Positions 1-12,854 of a stretch of 64,000 nucleotides of DNA are shown here, piece after piece (position 1 is the stretch's first letter; every line of letters starts with the position of its first letter). The position numbers were made by a program, and so were the translations under genes. Below the pieces are notes generated by a model. It searched no databases and was not told the origin of the DNA. It saw only the letters and a program-made list of their open reading frames with translations. Where the stretch lies: positions 115,134,001 to 115,198,000 of the forward strand of contig OX597823.1 in the NCBI GenBank assembly GCA_951406725.2, read 5' to 3'. The stretch comes from Octopus vulgaris (lineage: Eukaryota).

Positions 1-1254
1 GATTTCGAAGTTTTGACCTGCTAGCATTCATTAGACACTCCCAAGAAGGCTAACAGTCCTAAACTTCGAAGTCACTATCACTTCTTGTTTCTTGTAAAAG
101 TATAACATAGATATATATGTGTATGAATGTGCGCGCGTGTAGTCGTTCGTGTATGTGTGTGTATGGATATGTATATATATATATATATGCTCTTCGTATG
201 TTCGTGTGTGTGTGTGTGAGTAAGTCTATACAGTTTGGTATTTCTGGCATATGTGATAATGTGCAACAAATATGTACTCAAATGCATGTAATAAACCTTC
301 GATTAATTCGTTTTTTAATCAAAGGTCAGAGAAGCGACATATAATGTATATGAGACTCTACGTATACATATATAAAAACTGTGGGGAAAGAAACTGCATA
401 AGTGGAGGGCAGGTTTAAGATATATCTTACAACTACATCTGGAGGGCAGCTTTGAGATACATCTTAGAATTGTAATGAAGTTCTATGGATTACGACTAGA
501 GAAAATTATTATCGGACGGGGTAGAAAAATCTTATATATATATATATGTATATATGTATATATATATATATACATGTGTACATATATATTCTGATCACTA
601 ATGGAGGCACCAGGCTCTAGGTTGGGCCAAAGTCTATAAAGTCGATCCCAGCACTTATCTGGTGTATATTTTATCGATTCCAGGAAGGAAGAAAGGCAAA
701 ATCGATCTAAGTAGGTTTGGAACTCAGAACATAAAGGGTCGTAATAAACTACTACAAAGTGTTTAGTCCTGCAATCTACGGCTTTTTTTGTTTTGTTTTT
801 CTTTCTTTTTTTCTTTCTTTTTTTTTTTTGATTTTTGATAATTCACCGCCATTTTATAAATTTTGCCATATACTTGTACGGTGAATGGGGTCCTTTGAGA
901 TCAACGATCCGTTTTCATGTTTTTATTGTTTTTGATTGTGGTGATGGTGATGTTGATGGCACGGTTGACAATGGTGGTGGTAACATGGTTGACAGTGGTG
1001 ATGGTGGGAGTAGTCGTCATAGTCGTCGTCGTCGTCATCGTTGTCATCGTCGTGAAGGTACTGATGGGGGTTGTTGGTCTGGTTGTTGTATGCCTGGTGG
1101 TGGTTTAGTTGTTCATTTTTCTAACTGTTCACTGTTGCTCCATTACGGATATATACATATATATATATATATATATACGCAAACATATATACATATGCAT
1201 ATATATATATACATATATATGTGTGTGTCCGTGTACATATATATATATATACAT

Positions 1255-1287
<33 letters not shown>

Positions 1288-1412
1288 CATGCGTATAAAC
1301 ATATCCATTCAATTCTTTATAACTTTATAACTGTTACACAATTAATTATATCCTTCCTATGTATGTGTAGGTGTATATGTGTGTGTCCACAGATACATAG
1401 TTACATAGATAG

Positions 1413-1472
<60 letters not shown>

Positions 1473-1473
1473 G

Positions 1474-1556
<83 letters not shown>

Positions 1557-1913
1557 TATAAAGTAATGAATAGGTTAGGGCATCGTTACTAATAGTTTCG
1601 TATTGTTTCGTAAGTTTTACTAGACTTATATGTCCAAAGATTGTCTGAAATATTTAATGAAACATGAAAACAGGAAACCATCAGTAGCGATGTGCTAATC
1701 TATGCATTCGCTATACCGTTCTGTGAGTGTGCGTGCGTACGTGTGATTATGTGTGTGTACGTGTGTGTGAGAGAGAGTGTGTGTGTGTAATGTGTGTATG
1801 CATGCATGTGTATATAGATAATGGACAAAAATGACGAAAAGACGAATGAACTCAATGAACCTAGAGTTTTATAAGATCGTATTTGAGTGCATTTGAATGT
1901 GAGCGTAGGTATG

Positions 1914-1965
<52 letters not shown>

Positions 1966-1983
1966 ACAGGATATCAAGAGGTG

Positions 1984-2071
1984 ATGCAGTACGACCGTTT
2001 CAAGCGGCTCCATTTAATTAAATAATGTAATCATTACATCAGTTTAAATGCAGGGCTATCCTCAGCTGCAT
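1984..2071 (-). ncRNA. Type I hammerhead ribozyme motif with extended stem II
   Basis: Minus strand reads ATGCAG-CTGAGGA-[long hairpin]-GAAAC-GGTC-GTA|CTGCAT. Stem I is a perfect 6 bp, the core is intact and the triplet is GUA. The base of stem II is non-canonical (T.T). Confidence 0.65.
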
Positions 2072-2713
2072 AAATAAATAGAATTTTTTCATCAGTTGGA
2101 CACATTAATATAATTTTACCCCAATTCTCTAATAGAGCAAGAAGAGGGAAAGAGTCCATGTTGCCACTAATGTAGGTAAGAATATACTACAATTCTAAGA
2201 TCTGTATGGAGTTTGTTGGGGTCATAGCTTGTAAAGGATTGTGGTTCATTTTTTAATTTATTTGTCTTTTTTATCAACTACCAAATCTAAGACGAGATGA
2301 CAGTGTCTCTTTAGATTGGATACACGGAGTGAGTTGACAGTTTATAGTTGGGTATGGTCATAAATATTGTCAGGATTTTAGGATTTGTATAAGTAAGACA
2401 ATTACTCATACAAATCCTAAAATCCAGACAATATTTATGACCCTACCCAACTATAAACTGTCAACTCACTCCGTGTATCCATTCTAAACAGACACTGTCC
2501 TCTTGTCTTTGATTTGGTAGATGATAAAAAAGGTTAATAAATTAGAAATGAACCACTATCCTATACAAGCTATGACCCCTAACAAACTTCATACAGTTCT
2601 TAGATGTGTAGTATATTCTTAGTTACATGGATTCTTTCCTTCTTCTTGTTCTATTAGAAAATTTGAGTAAAATTATATTAATGCGTCCAACTGTTTAAAC
2701 ATTTTATTTATTT

Positions 2714-2801
2714 ATGCAGCTGAGGATAGCTCTGCATTCAAATTGATGCAATGGTTGCTTTGTTTAGTTAGATGGAGCCGCTTGAAACGATCGTACAACA
2801 T
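2714..2801 (+). ncRNA. Hammerhead motif in the opposite arm (stem I partly disrupted)
   Basis: ATGCAG-CTGAGGA...GAAAC-GATC-GTA|CAACAT, with two mismatches in stem I. Confidence 0.5.
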
Positions 2802-3310
2802 CACCTTTAGATATTTTGATTTTAATGCTTATTTTGATTTTATTCACCTTACTTTGAATTGTACGGATAATACCGCGCTGACTTGGAGCTTCCGCCTAAG
2901 AACCTAATTCAACTGAATCCCAATTACATATGTGTGTGTGTGTGCGTGCGTGTGTGTGTGGTATATGTATATATATATATATGCATATACATGTACATAT
3001 ATATACGCGTGTACACGTGAGTGCGAAAGCTCACTTTGGAGCAAATAAAGATACCATTATGTTTTGTGTGTTGTAGTGATTTTGTCGATGCTGCTAATGA
3101 TAACGAAAATGGTTGTGGTCAAGTAATGATGGTGGTCAAGTTTAGAGGTCGTGAGTGCCGTTGTGTATTTAACACCTCGATGAACCGAGTCTTTGAACCG
3201 AGTTTCGATTCTCAACAGGAACCGTTTTCAATTACATAATTTTTATGTTATACACTTTTATATGCGTGTGTGTGCGTATGTATATGCGTGTTTATGTATG
3301 AGTAAGCATG

Positions 3311-3342
<32 letters not shown>

Positions 3343-3401
3343 CTCATATACATATATGCATGCATATATATATGTATGTATTTCTTTTACATGTATGTAT
3401 G

Positions 3402-3460
<59 letters not shown>

Positions 3461-3859
3461 AAGTAGTTACTACACGTATAATGGTCACAGTTCTTGTGTC
3501 TGTGAATGTATGTGGAATAGTTGTCATCACATGTGGGACGGATCCGACTATGAGTGGAGACCATCATGAGGTGGACCAATTTAACAAACCGCCATCTTGT
3601 TTGTCAAGGACGGTCAGTTTTATCATCATTTATATCATTTATAAGAATCAAAATGTTCAGTTATTTTACAAGTTGTAGCTAAAATGAAATCGGCGGAGGA
3701 GTAAATTTTTGATAGATCCGAGAACTGAGCATCTTTTGCCGCTCATCCAGGGAACATTTTTCTCACTTCAATTTTCATTTCAAGCAAAAACTAAGATTAA
3801 GGACACAATATCCAACTGCCACGTTATTATTCTTGTTAAAGTTGTTATTATTATTATTA

Positions 3860-3932
<73 letters not shown>

Positions 3933-4469
3933 CATACTTTTGTACAAACAGCTTTAATTTACTTTATTTTTTGTTTCTTTTCGTTCTGTTTGATTTTGTT
4001 TTTGGTGGGATTTGGAGTTTTTTCTTTTCTTTTCTTTTTCATTTTTTTTTTTTTTTTTGCAAATGTCAGATGGTAATCAAAGGTTTGCGAGGGTGGATGA
4101 TTCCACCCGAAAGTTTTTACACCCTGGCGATAAAGCTGAATGGAATAATCCTGCTGTTAATGGTAATCATACTCTTTTTATGCAACGCATTTTTTTAAAT
4201 ATTTTTTTTAAAGGAATTTGCATATTCCTTACATCATCCTCCATATACACACGCAAATGTGCAAGCTCACGCACACACACATATGTATGTATATATATAC
4301 ATGCGTGCATGTGACTGTCTGTATGTTTATATATATACATGTGTGTATGTATAAACTATCCGTGTATGAAACCATTTCCCCCCCCCCTCCATTCCCTTCG
4401 TCTTTTTTCTCCATATTACTTTTGTTAGTTTCAACATCAATATTAAGTTGTAAAGTTAAGTAATATTTC

Positions 4470-4475
4470 TTTATT
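4470..4475 (-). terminator. Candidate AATAAA polyadenylation signal
   Basis: tttatt on +, ~170 nt downstream of the stop. Other candidates exist further on (e.g. ~3963). Confidence 0.25.
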
Positions 4476-4640
4476 GTTTCATATATTTTATTTACTCTTT
4501 GTTTCTTTTTCATTTTTGTTTTTTTGCTGTGTGTATGTTTTTGTTTTGTTTGCTTGTTTGTTTGTTTGTCTTCTTTTTGTTTTTCTTTGTTTTTCTTTTT
4601 CTTTTTTGTTTTTGTTTTTTTTTGTGTTTTCTTTCAATAG

Positions 4641-5321
4641 TTACGTTCCCCCCGATAAATAAAGTGCTTCTTCTATCTGGAAGCGTCTTTTCTCGATTCG
4701 AAACCGTTTCCGCTCCATTCGCAGTCGCTTCTCTTCAAGATCTAATCGTCCTTTTTCGATTTGTAACCTTTGTTTCTCGATGGTTAGTCTTTCTTTTTCG
4801 ATTCCAATAAACTCGGGAGACGACGATTGGTCAGCAGTCACGTGACTTTCAATTTGTCGGCTGTGGCTGGCCCGGTAGCGCCACAGTGCAGCCGGCATGT
4901 CAGACGACACCCATCTCACGTGATCGAACGGATGCTGTGACTGTTGGTGCGTCGTCGGCGGCGGTGGCGGCGGCGGCGGAGGCGGAGGCGGTAGCGGCGG
5001 CGGCAGCGAAGGTGGAGGTGGAGGCGGCGGCGGCGGTGGGGGTGCTGGCTGCGACAGCGACGGAGGAGGCTGCAAGGTGAGACACTGCGGGACGGTGACC
5101 TGAATACAGGAGTGCGGCGACGTGACTATAGGGGCCGAATGCGCCGGCGGAGGTTGCGGGTGGGCCGGCGGCGGCTGAAGCGTGGGTGATGGACTGCAGG
5201 CTGCTATCAATATAGCCGATGTGGACGGTTGGTATTTGGACTCGACGGTCGTAACCGGAGACATGGACTTTTCTTTATCACCACAGTTTTCCAGATGATT
5301 CCTCACAACTTCCGAGGTATT
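4641..5321 (-). CDS. MSANTD4: Terminal coding exon of the same MSANTD4-like gene (Pro-rich region plus coiled coil)
   Basis: Polypyrimidine acceptor ttttgttttcttttccag|AAT at 5321, phase 0, compatible with the 47035 donor. Encodes NTSEVVRNHLEN..., poly-Pro, then the heptad coil EKERLTIEKQRLQIEKGRLDLEEKRLRMERKRFRIEKRRFQIEE, resembling the C-terminal EKERLQIE repeats of MSANTD4. Stop TAA at 4643-4641. Confidence 0.8.
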   Translation of the reverse strand, partial: NTSEVVRNHLENCGDKEKSMSPVTTVESKYQPSTSAILIAACSPSPTLQPPPAHPQPPPAHSAPIVTSPHSCIQVTVPQCLTLQPPPSLSQPAPPPPPPPPPPPSLPPPLPPPPPPPPPPPPTTHQQSQHPFDHVRWVSSDMPAALWRYRASHSRQIESHVTADQSSSPEFIGIEKERLTIEKQRLQIEKGRLDLEEKRLRMERKRFRIEKRRFQIEEALYLSGGT

Positions 5322-5389
5322 CTGGAAAAGAAAACAAAACGAAAATGAAAATAAACTAGGATAATAATAACAGCAACATTAATGATTCA

Positions 5390-6330
5390 TTCTACAATAA
5401 GCATAAGGCCTGAAATTTAGGGGTAAGAAGGCTGGTTAATTACATCGACCCCAGTGCGTAACTGGTACTTATTTTATCGGACCTCAGCGGTATTTGAGCT
5501 CAGCTCGTAAAAAGCCGGGAAAAATGCCGCTAAACCTATTTCTTTACTACCTACAAGGGTCTAAACACAGAGGGGACAAACTAGGGCAGACACACGGATT
5601 AAGTCGATTACATCGACCCCAGTGCGTAACTGGCACTTATTTAATCGACCCCGAAAGGATGAAAGGCAAAGTCGACCTCGGCGGAATTTGAACTGACAAC
5701 GTAACGACAGACGAAATACCACTGAGCATTTCGCTCGGCGCGCTAACGTTTCTGACAACTCGCCGCTAAACCTTTTAAGCGTTTTATGCGACGCGCTAAC
5801 GATTCTGCCAGCACACCGCTTCCACAATACCATTTATAAGTCTTACATCTGGAAGCACAGGTAATTACATTGATGAGGGAGGAAGCTAATCGATTACATC
5901 GACTCCAGGACGTACAGCAAAGTTTGAAGGCAAAACCGGAAGAAATATCTCAAAGCATTTTCTCCGGCGCTAAGGATTCTCCCGGTACGCCGCCTTAATT
6001 GATATTTCCACTAAATGCACAAGGCCTGAAAGTGAGCTAGTTGATTACCTTGACCCTGATGGTACTTATTTTATCGACCCTCAAAGATTGAAGGATAAAT
6101 TTGATCACAGCGAAATTTGAACTCAAAACGTAAAACCGGAAGAAATACTGCCAAGAATTATATCCGCCATGCTAATGATTCTGCCAGTTTGCTTCTTTCA
6201 CAATATTGATGATAACGTTTTCTAACATAGACACAAGACTTCAAAATTCTGCGAGGGGAGGAAATATAGAATGAACGCCTAGGTCAGTATTTATTTTGTC
6301 CACATCTGATAAATTAAAGACCAAGTTGAC
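5390..6330 (-). mobile_element. Cluster of SINE family 2 copies, including a nested insert at ~5538-5761
   Basis: Repeated ggcctgaaatt...tcgacccc...gaactcagaacg...ctaacgattctgccagc modules. Confidence 0.85.
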
Positions 6331-6461
6331 CAACGTATATAAACATGGCTATAGAGTTGAGAAGTTCGATTCACAACCATGCGGTCTCACTTCACGGTTT
6401 CTTCAGTAAGTGACATTGTACACGGAAAACGTGCGGAAGCCCGCCGTAAACACACACACAC

Positions 6462-6498
<37 letters not shown>

Positions 6499-6753
6499 CC
6501 CGCGGGAGCATTTGCACAAGCGTCAGAGGCGGTCATGCAACTAAGTTATATAGAGTATCTTTTATCTTTTACTATTTACTTCTTTCAGTTACTAGACTGC
6601 GGCCATGCTGGGGCACCGCCGTGAACTTTTAGTCGAATGAATCGACTCCAGTACCTATTTTTTAAGCTTGGTACTTATTTTGTCAATTTTTTTGTCGAAC
6701 GGGGACACCACAAACACACCAAGACCGAATGTCAAGCGGTGATGTATATATAT

Positions 6754-6963
6754 AGTTAATCCAAACAAGAAAACACAAATGAAACAAAAAAACACAACAA
6801 CGCGAGGACGTGGAACAAATAAAGTATTATTGGATGCTCAGGAAAGAAGGAAAGAAGGAGGGTTTAACGTTTCGAGCGGAGCTCTTCGTCGGAAACATAG
6901 GAGAAGGAAAGATCCAGAGAAGGGAAGACAGAGGAAAAAAATCGCCAGCGGTACTCACGAGGT

Positions 6964-6966
<3 letters not shown>
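6754..6966 (-). mobile_element. Second copy of the same pLTR-like element; hammerhead at 6862-6896 with core CCGACGA
   Basis: Reverse complement of the 12855-13062 element, with TA runs on both sides. Confidence 0.7.
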
Positions 6967-7018
<52 letters not shown>

Positions 7019-7182
7019 AGAGAGAGAGAGAGAGGGGGGAGAGCAAAGACAGAGAAAGAGGGAGGGAGAGAACTCGAGGTGGCGGGAGAGAGGGGAGGGA
7101 GCAAGAGCAAGATATACGAGAGCCAGATAGATGAATAAAGAGATAAAAACATAGGCAGCCATATATAGACAGATAGACAGAC

Positions 7183-7270
<88 letters not shown>

Positions 7271-8095
7271 GGATGGATAAATAGATAAAGTTAATGACTC
7301 ACAAGGCAATGTGAGTCATTGACTACCTATCTACAAACATACACATGCATGTACACACATCTCTATATACATACATGACATGTGAATGTACACGCACACA
7401 CACACACACACAGACATACGCACACACACACATATATATATACCCTAATACATTCTAATACATACATGTGCATGTCAATACATATCTACGCAGTGTCTTC
7501 ATAATTCACTCTAGTGTCAGAATATCGTTTCCATCAACAATACCACCACGAATATTCCCCGACCAATATTCCCCACAACAACAACAACACCACCAAGAAC
7601 AACAACAACAACACCACCTCCGCCACCGTCAAGCTACCAAGGCAGTCGTTGACACTCTCTTGTCTTGGGATTCTCTTTCACCCTCGACCGTTTCTCCCTC
7701 AGATCATGAAAGACTGTCAGTTCGTGTGTACGTGTGTGTATGTGTGTGTGTGCGTGTGTGTGTGTGTCTGTGTGTATGTGTGTGTGTGTGTGTGTGTGAG
7801 TGTGTGTGTGTCCACTCCACACCATCCATACTGCCATTCTTTGTCCCCACGCCCCCCCCTATATTGCCCCACCCTTACTGCCAAGATGTCTCGGAACAAA
7901 CTGCCAACTTTTGCACGTTCCTGCAACCTTATGCTGCAGTGAATATTTTCGACTGCCTCATTTCTAGTGCATTAGCACCGTTTCACACACACACACACGC
8001 ACACACACACACACACATACATACACACACACACGCAAACGCATACACACATATACACACGTGTATTATATATATATACACACACATATATATAC

Positions 8096-8134
<39 letters not shown>

Positions 8135-8193
8135 AATGCATACATATATATATACATATATATATGTATATATATGTATATATATATGTATGC

Positions 8194-8232
<39 letters not shown>

Positions 8233-8709
8233 TAAATATATATATACATATATATATATACATATATATACATATATATACATATATATATTCATATATA
8301 TATACATATATATATTCATATACATATATATACACACATATACACACGTGTATTATATATATATACACACACATACATACTCGCATACCTACATGTACAT
8401 ATTACATTAGGCACATGGTCGTTTTCCATCTTTTTCTCTCTCTTTTTCTTTGCCTCTTTGTCTCTCTCTCTCCCTCTCTTTCCTTCTCCATCTCTATCAA
8501 ACCCCTCTCTCTCCCTCTCTCTCTCTTTCTATAGTCTTTCTTACTACTCTGACTCTTTGCTCCCAATTGTCTCTTAATTTCTTCTTTCTTCATCATTCAT
8601 ACACCTCCCCACTCTTTCCTTTCTCTGCCTCTCATGACCTGCCCCCTCCTTATAATTCCACTTCTTACCAACCCTCTCACGTTTTACTTTTTTCATTTTG
8701 TTCTTGTTT

Positions 8710-8783
8710 TTCTTCTTTTCTTCTCCTTCTTCGCCTTTTTTTCTCCATCTACTTCTTTGTGGTCATCTTCTTCTTCACTTTCT

Positions 8784-8816
<33 letters not shown>

Positions 8817-9170
8817 CCTCCTCCTTCTTCACCTTTTCCTTCTCATCTTCCTTCTTCTTCCCCTTCTTCTTCTTCTTCTTCTTCTTCTCCTCCTTCTTCT
8901 TTTTCTTCTTCGCCTTCCTCTTCTTCTCCTCGTCCTCCTTCACCTTTTTCTTCTCTTCTTCCTTCTCCTTCTTCGCCTTTTTTCTCCATCTACTTCTTTG
9001 TGGTCGTCTTCTTTTTCACTTTCTTCTTCTTCTTCTTCTTCTTCTTCTTCTTCTTCTTCTTCTTCGCCTTCCTCTTCTTCTCCTCATCCTTCTTCACCTT
9101 TTCCTTCTCATCTTCCTTCTTCTTCCCCTTCTCCTTTTTCTTCATCTGATTCTTCTTCTCCTCCTTCTTC
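8710..9170. repeat. (CTT)n-derived polypyrimidine tract with an internal ~240-bp duplication
   Basis: ttctccatctacttctttgtggtc and caccttttccttctcatcttcc each occur twice. Confidence 0.85.
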
Positions 9171-9249
9171 TACACGATCTCGGTTGTGTACTCCGTTTGA
9201 CCATTGAACCTTGTTTTTAAAAAAAAAGACAACTGACTAAACCTGAGGC

Positions 9250-9860
9250 ATCTACTTTTCGCCGTGTCCTACAGAGTGAAGGAACAGGTTCCACTGATCA
9301 AATCCATCTGCTGCCAACGCTCGCTCCGCATTGGTCTCGAGATTCCATCGTTGACCAAGCACAGACATGCTAACGCATCGAGGCTAACGCACCTGCCGAA
9401 ATGTCTAAACCATTCATACAATGACGACGATATCGGTGACCTAAATGTGTCCAGACATCTTTTGTGCGAAATGTTTTTTCCTGCAGCTCGTCTCCTTGAC
9501 CGGCCTGTAATCATGGGTTAAGTGTAGAACTATGGTTTTGTTGGCATCCACAGCACTCAGCAAGATGGACTACGTTGTCCCTTCGAAAATGACCAACGCA
9601 TTCTGTAGCGGGTTAGTGGAGTGTATGAGTGATGGTAGTCCGGGAGAGACTTTGGGTGTTGACGGCAACAGCCTAAGTAGTCACTTCTAGAGAATTTTCA
9701 TATCGAGGACTATGGGCGATTGCCAGACGTTGAAGGATGGGCGTTAGCTGTTCCAGACAGAATATACCGTCACGGAAGTGTCAACGACCAAACCACTGCG
9801 AGATGCGCTCTGAGAGCCGAAGCAATCCTACACACTACCATTCAGTACTAATGCATTACT
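9250..9860 (+). mobile_element. Degenerate Tx1/L1-type LINE ORF2 3' fragment
   Basis: Near 9740-9850 it translates as ALAVPDRIYRHGSVNDQTTARCALRAEAILHTTIQ, resembling the zf-RVT zinc knuckle (C..C...E...H) of L1/Tx1 ORF2. The frame is broken. Confidence 0.5.
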
Positions 9861-9998
9861 GCCTTACCGTTTGTAGGATAAATCTGGTTATAAACCGATT
9901 CCATAACGAAAGTTCGGCCGATGCACAGGTTTCTTAATGGCGGTGCCCCAGCATGGCCACAGCTCATGAGCTGAAACTAGAATCAATCAATCAATCAA
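9860..9998 (+). mobile_element. 3' tail of a CR1/L2-type element
   Basis: ggcggtgccccagcatggccacagctcatgagctgaaac followed by (AATC)n. The same tail occurs at 26904-26942 (-) and on the LINE at 30315-30349. Confidence 0.65.
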
Positions 9999-10619
9999 AA
10001 ACCACCTTCCATTGATCGAAAGACCGATCGGCAGCTTTGGATCCTCTCCATTTTTCATCAGTTTCGAGTCAAGAAGCAGTCAAGAAGAAGCTTTTGCTCT
10101 TTGCCTTTAGCTTTGAGCTTCCTAGACAATGATGGATGTGATTCTGGTCAATATCAGCTTGCTTACCACGGGCCACATATTTGCCATGTAGAGTTTTCTG
10201 ATCTCATCAACCAGCCAATTATCATTATTGTGGTTGTTGTTGTTGTCGTCGTCGTTGTTGTCGTCGTTGTCATTGTTTCACTAAGTTCCGAAACTTTGTA
10301 AAGAATTGCTGTTTAATTGTCTGTTTAGGATTTACTATGCATTTCGTTGTTTATGCGACGATGAACAGAAATAATGGAACATTCCATTCACCGGCTCCCA
10401 ATGGAGTCGTAATGAACAATAAACGATATTGTTTATAAGTAAGTTTAATTAATAATTTCACAAATTAAACGTTATATGACGAGTTGGAAGAAATGACAGG
10501 ATAAGAATTTTAGAGAGACGCAGATAAGAATCTCTAATTCATTATCATTAGCGGTAATTGTCCTCCTTTGGTTCAAAGTTCAAAGTCCAAATCTAGCAAC
10601 AACAACAACAACAACAGTA

Positions 10620-10806
10620 GAGGCGCAATGGCCCAGTGGTTAGGACAGCGGACTCGCGGTCGTAAGAACGCGGTTTCGATTCCCAGACCGAGCATTGTGA
10701 GTGTTTATTGAGCAAAAACACCTAAAGCTCTACGAGGCTCCGGCGGGGAGGGTCGGTGAACCCCGCTGTACTCTTTCACCACAACTTTCTCTCACTCTTT
10801 CTTCCT
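10620..10806 (+). mobile_element. 3'-truncated SINE family 3 copy
   Basis: tRNA-like head and body up to ctctttcttcct. Confidence 0.85.
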
Positions 10807-12854
10807 ACTTTTGCCGCAAAGCAGAGGAACCATGGTGTGGTAAACTTTCAGACCCTAGTCTAGATTGCGAATCCTCTGTACCCCAGGATGGTTCAGCTCT
10901 CGCATTTTTTGTCGATTACGAGGTCCACACAACTTCGGATGGTTCGGGTTGACGGTATTATTTTGAAAAAGAACTGAATTTCAAAAGAGGAATTATCTTT
11001 CTAGACTCGGGTCATGAGTGTACCTCGACAGCAACAAAACCAATGTATTCAGACTAGTGAATATTTAAATTCGCCCTGGGGTTAGAACACTGGATTTCTT
11101 CAGGTATTTAGAATCCTTCTTGAAAATTTCTCTCTCGTTAACATCTGTCGATGACTAGAATTTCATTTTAGATGCACGCTAAGACTTTTTGGGAATATCC
11201 AATTGAAGAAATGGTGAAAAACTTCGCAGACTTGCTCAGGTATTACCAACTGTCTCACAGGTACCAACCGGATTAATTCATACTTCAAGGTACCAATGAG
11301 AATTCAATAAACCTCATTCTGTCATCCAGATAGAGTATTTGTTAGTTCGTCTGATAACAAGGACGTTTAACCTAGAATGGACGCATACACAATGTCAGGT
11401 TGCTGGTTGTTGATTGCAATGTTCCCAGGGGAGAAATCCCAGATCAGCTGGAGTAGGGAGCTACGTGGGATTTGACAAGAGCGATCGTCGATCTCTGCCT
11501 CCGTTTACCAAATTTTATTCGCAAAGCATCCCTCAAACATGGGTTCAATAGGTGCTTACCCCAGGTGCCACGCATTACAAGTAATGTGAACAAACGTATG
11601 AAGTACACGGCCATGCCTGCACTGATATTCATTATTAATTAATAGATATTATAGACTGAGATTAATATTGAAGCTGCACTACATGGCTATTTATATTATG
11701 TGAGATATGATTAATATTTCAGTTTGTTCGTGGTATCTCCATAAGAAAGCTGAACATTTGAAACAGCGTGCTTCCCACTTCGGCACTATATGTGGGTGAC
11801 CTTGGTCTTCGCTTAGACGATAACCACATCATATTTCGTCATCGACAACTGGACAAGAGGACATATCTGTGGTCCACTTGGTGACTTCAAACAACTTAAA
11901 ACGGAAACGTGATTGTAGGAAATTATACTTCAGATTCGTAAAAAAACCTTTACAAAGACTTCTTAATGTTGCGACAAGAGTTTTGAAGGGACTGCTTTAA
12001 TCGTGCATGATGTCAGGAGCGTTGACAGTATTTCAATTGAAAAAAAAAACATTGATTAGTGACGAAACCAGATCTGAACGATATTCTACAACATCTAATG
12101 ATGACTTCACTGCGAATGGATGTGCTATAATCTGTAAAAATCGCCACCAGGCTACTTTGGAATTCCCAAAGAAGTAGATATGTGTAAAATTCGAGTCACA
12201 CGTTGTCCTCGGCTGTGTACATAAGCAGAAAGAATTAGTTATGTATAAGGTTATACATTATATAAAAGGTGCTAACTAATATTGTAAATTAGATTGCTAT
12301 TATTCCAGGGCCATATATGTGTTGCTAAACTTGTCCGACAAATTCGCTGCTCTATATGCGTATTTATGCTGGATAGATCTAACCTTAAATTGATTTGCAC
12401 TTATGCCAATAAAATTTATTCCATTTTTGTTAATGTTAGAACAGAGGCTGTAATAATGACTGGTTTTTCTAAATAATCACCATTTATCAGAGTAAACATA
12501 CTGAAACCAATAGTGCCATTTAGGGCCCTAATAGTATTTGCTTTCTGGTCATTATAATTATTCATATTTTAAAAAATTAAGACATGAAAATAGAGGAGCA
12601 TCTCTCGAATGAAAAGCTTACTTTGAGATAATTTCAACGTAACATTTTCTTAATTTTTGTCTAGATGTTTGTGCAATTTTTGCAAAATGAAGAACTATTT
12701 TCCCAATCTGGGCTGAACATTGACTGAGTTACGTGTGGTTGGTTTAAACCACATCACTTTCTTCTGATCTTCCATTTGCTCCACTGTATTTCGAATGGAT
12801 TCTTTGAAACTGCTACATTCCTGTGCTATGTTGTGTGTGTGTGTATTCAATATG

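Larger units (their letters stand above)
1967..2818. repeat. ~850-bp imperfect inverted repeat (fold-back element), apex ~2397-2401
   Basis: 1967-2396 is the reverse complement of 2402-2818 with scattered mismatches, e.g. cctcagctgcataaataaat / atttatttatgcagctgagg and ggagtgagttgacagtttatagttggg / cccaactataaactgtcaactcactcc. Confidence 0.95.

Noticed and set aside
8450-9220. Long Phe/Ser/Leu or Lys/Glu-rich ORFs
   Set aside because: Derived from a (CTT)n repeat, with stops in the minus frames and no convincing splice sites.
10620-10695. tRNA-like sequences here and at 21300-21379 and 43787-43860
   Set aside because: SINE heads continuing into SINE bodies, with no proper acceptor stem or terminator.
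10810-12240. Complex sequence possibly from an old retroelement
   Set aside because: No recognisable motif or sustained ORF could be identified by eye.
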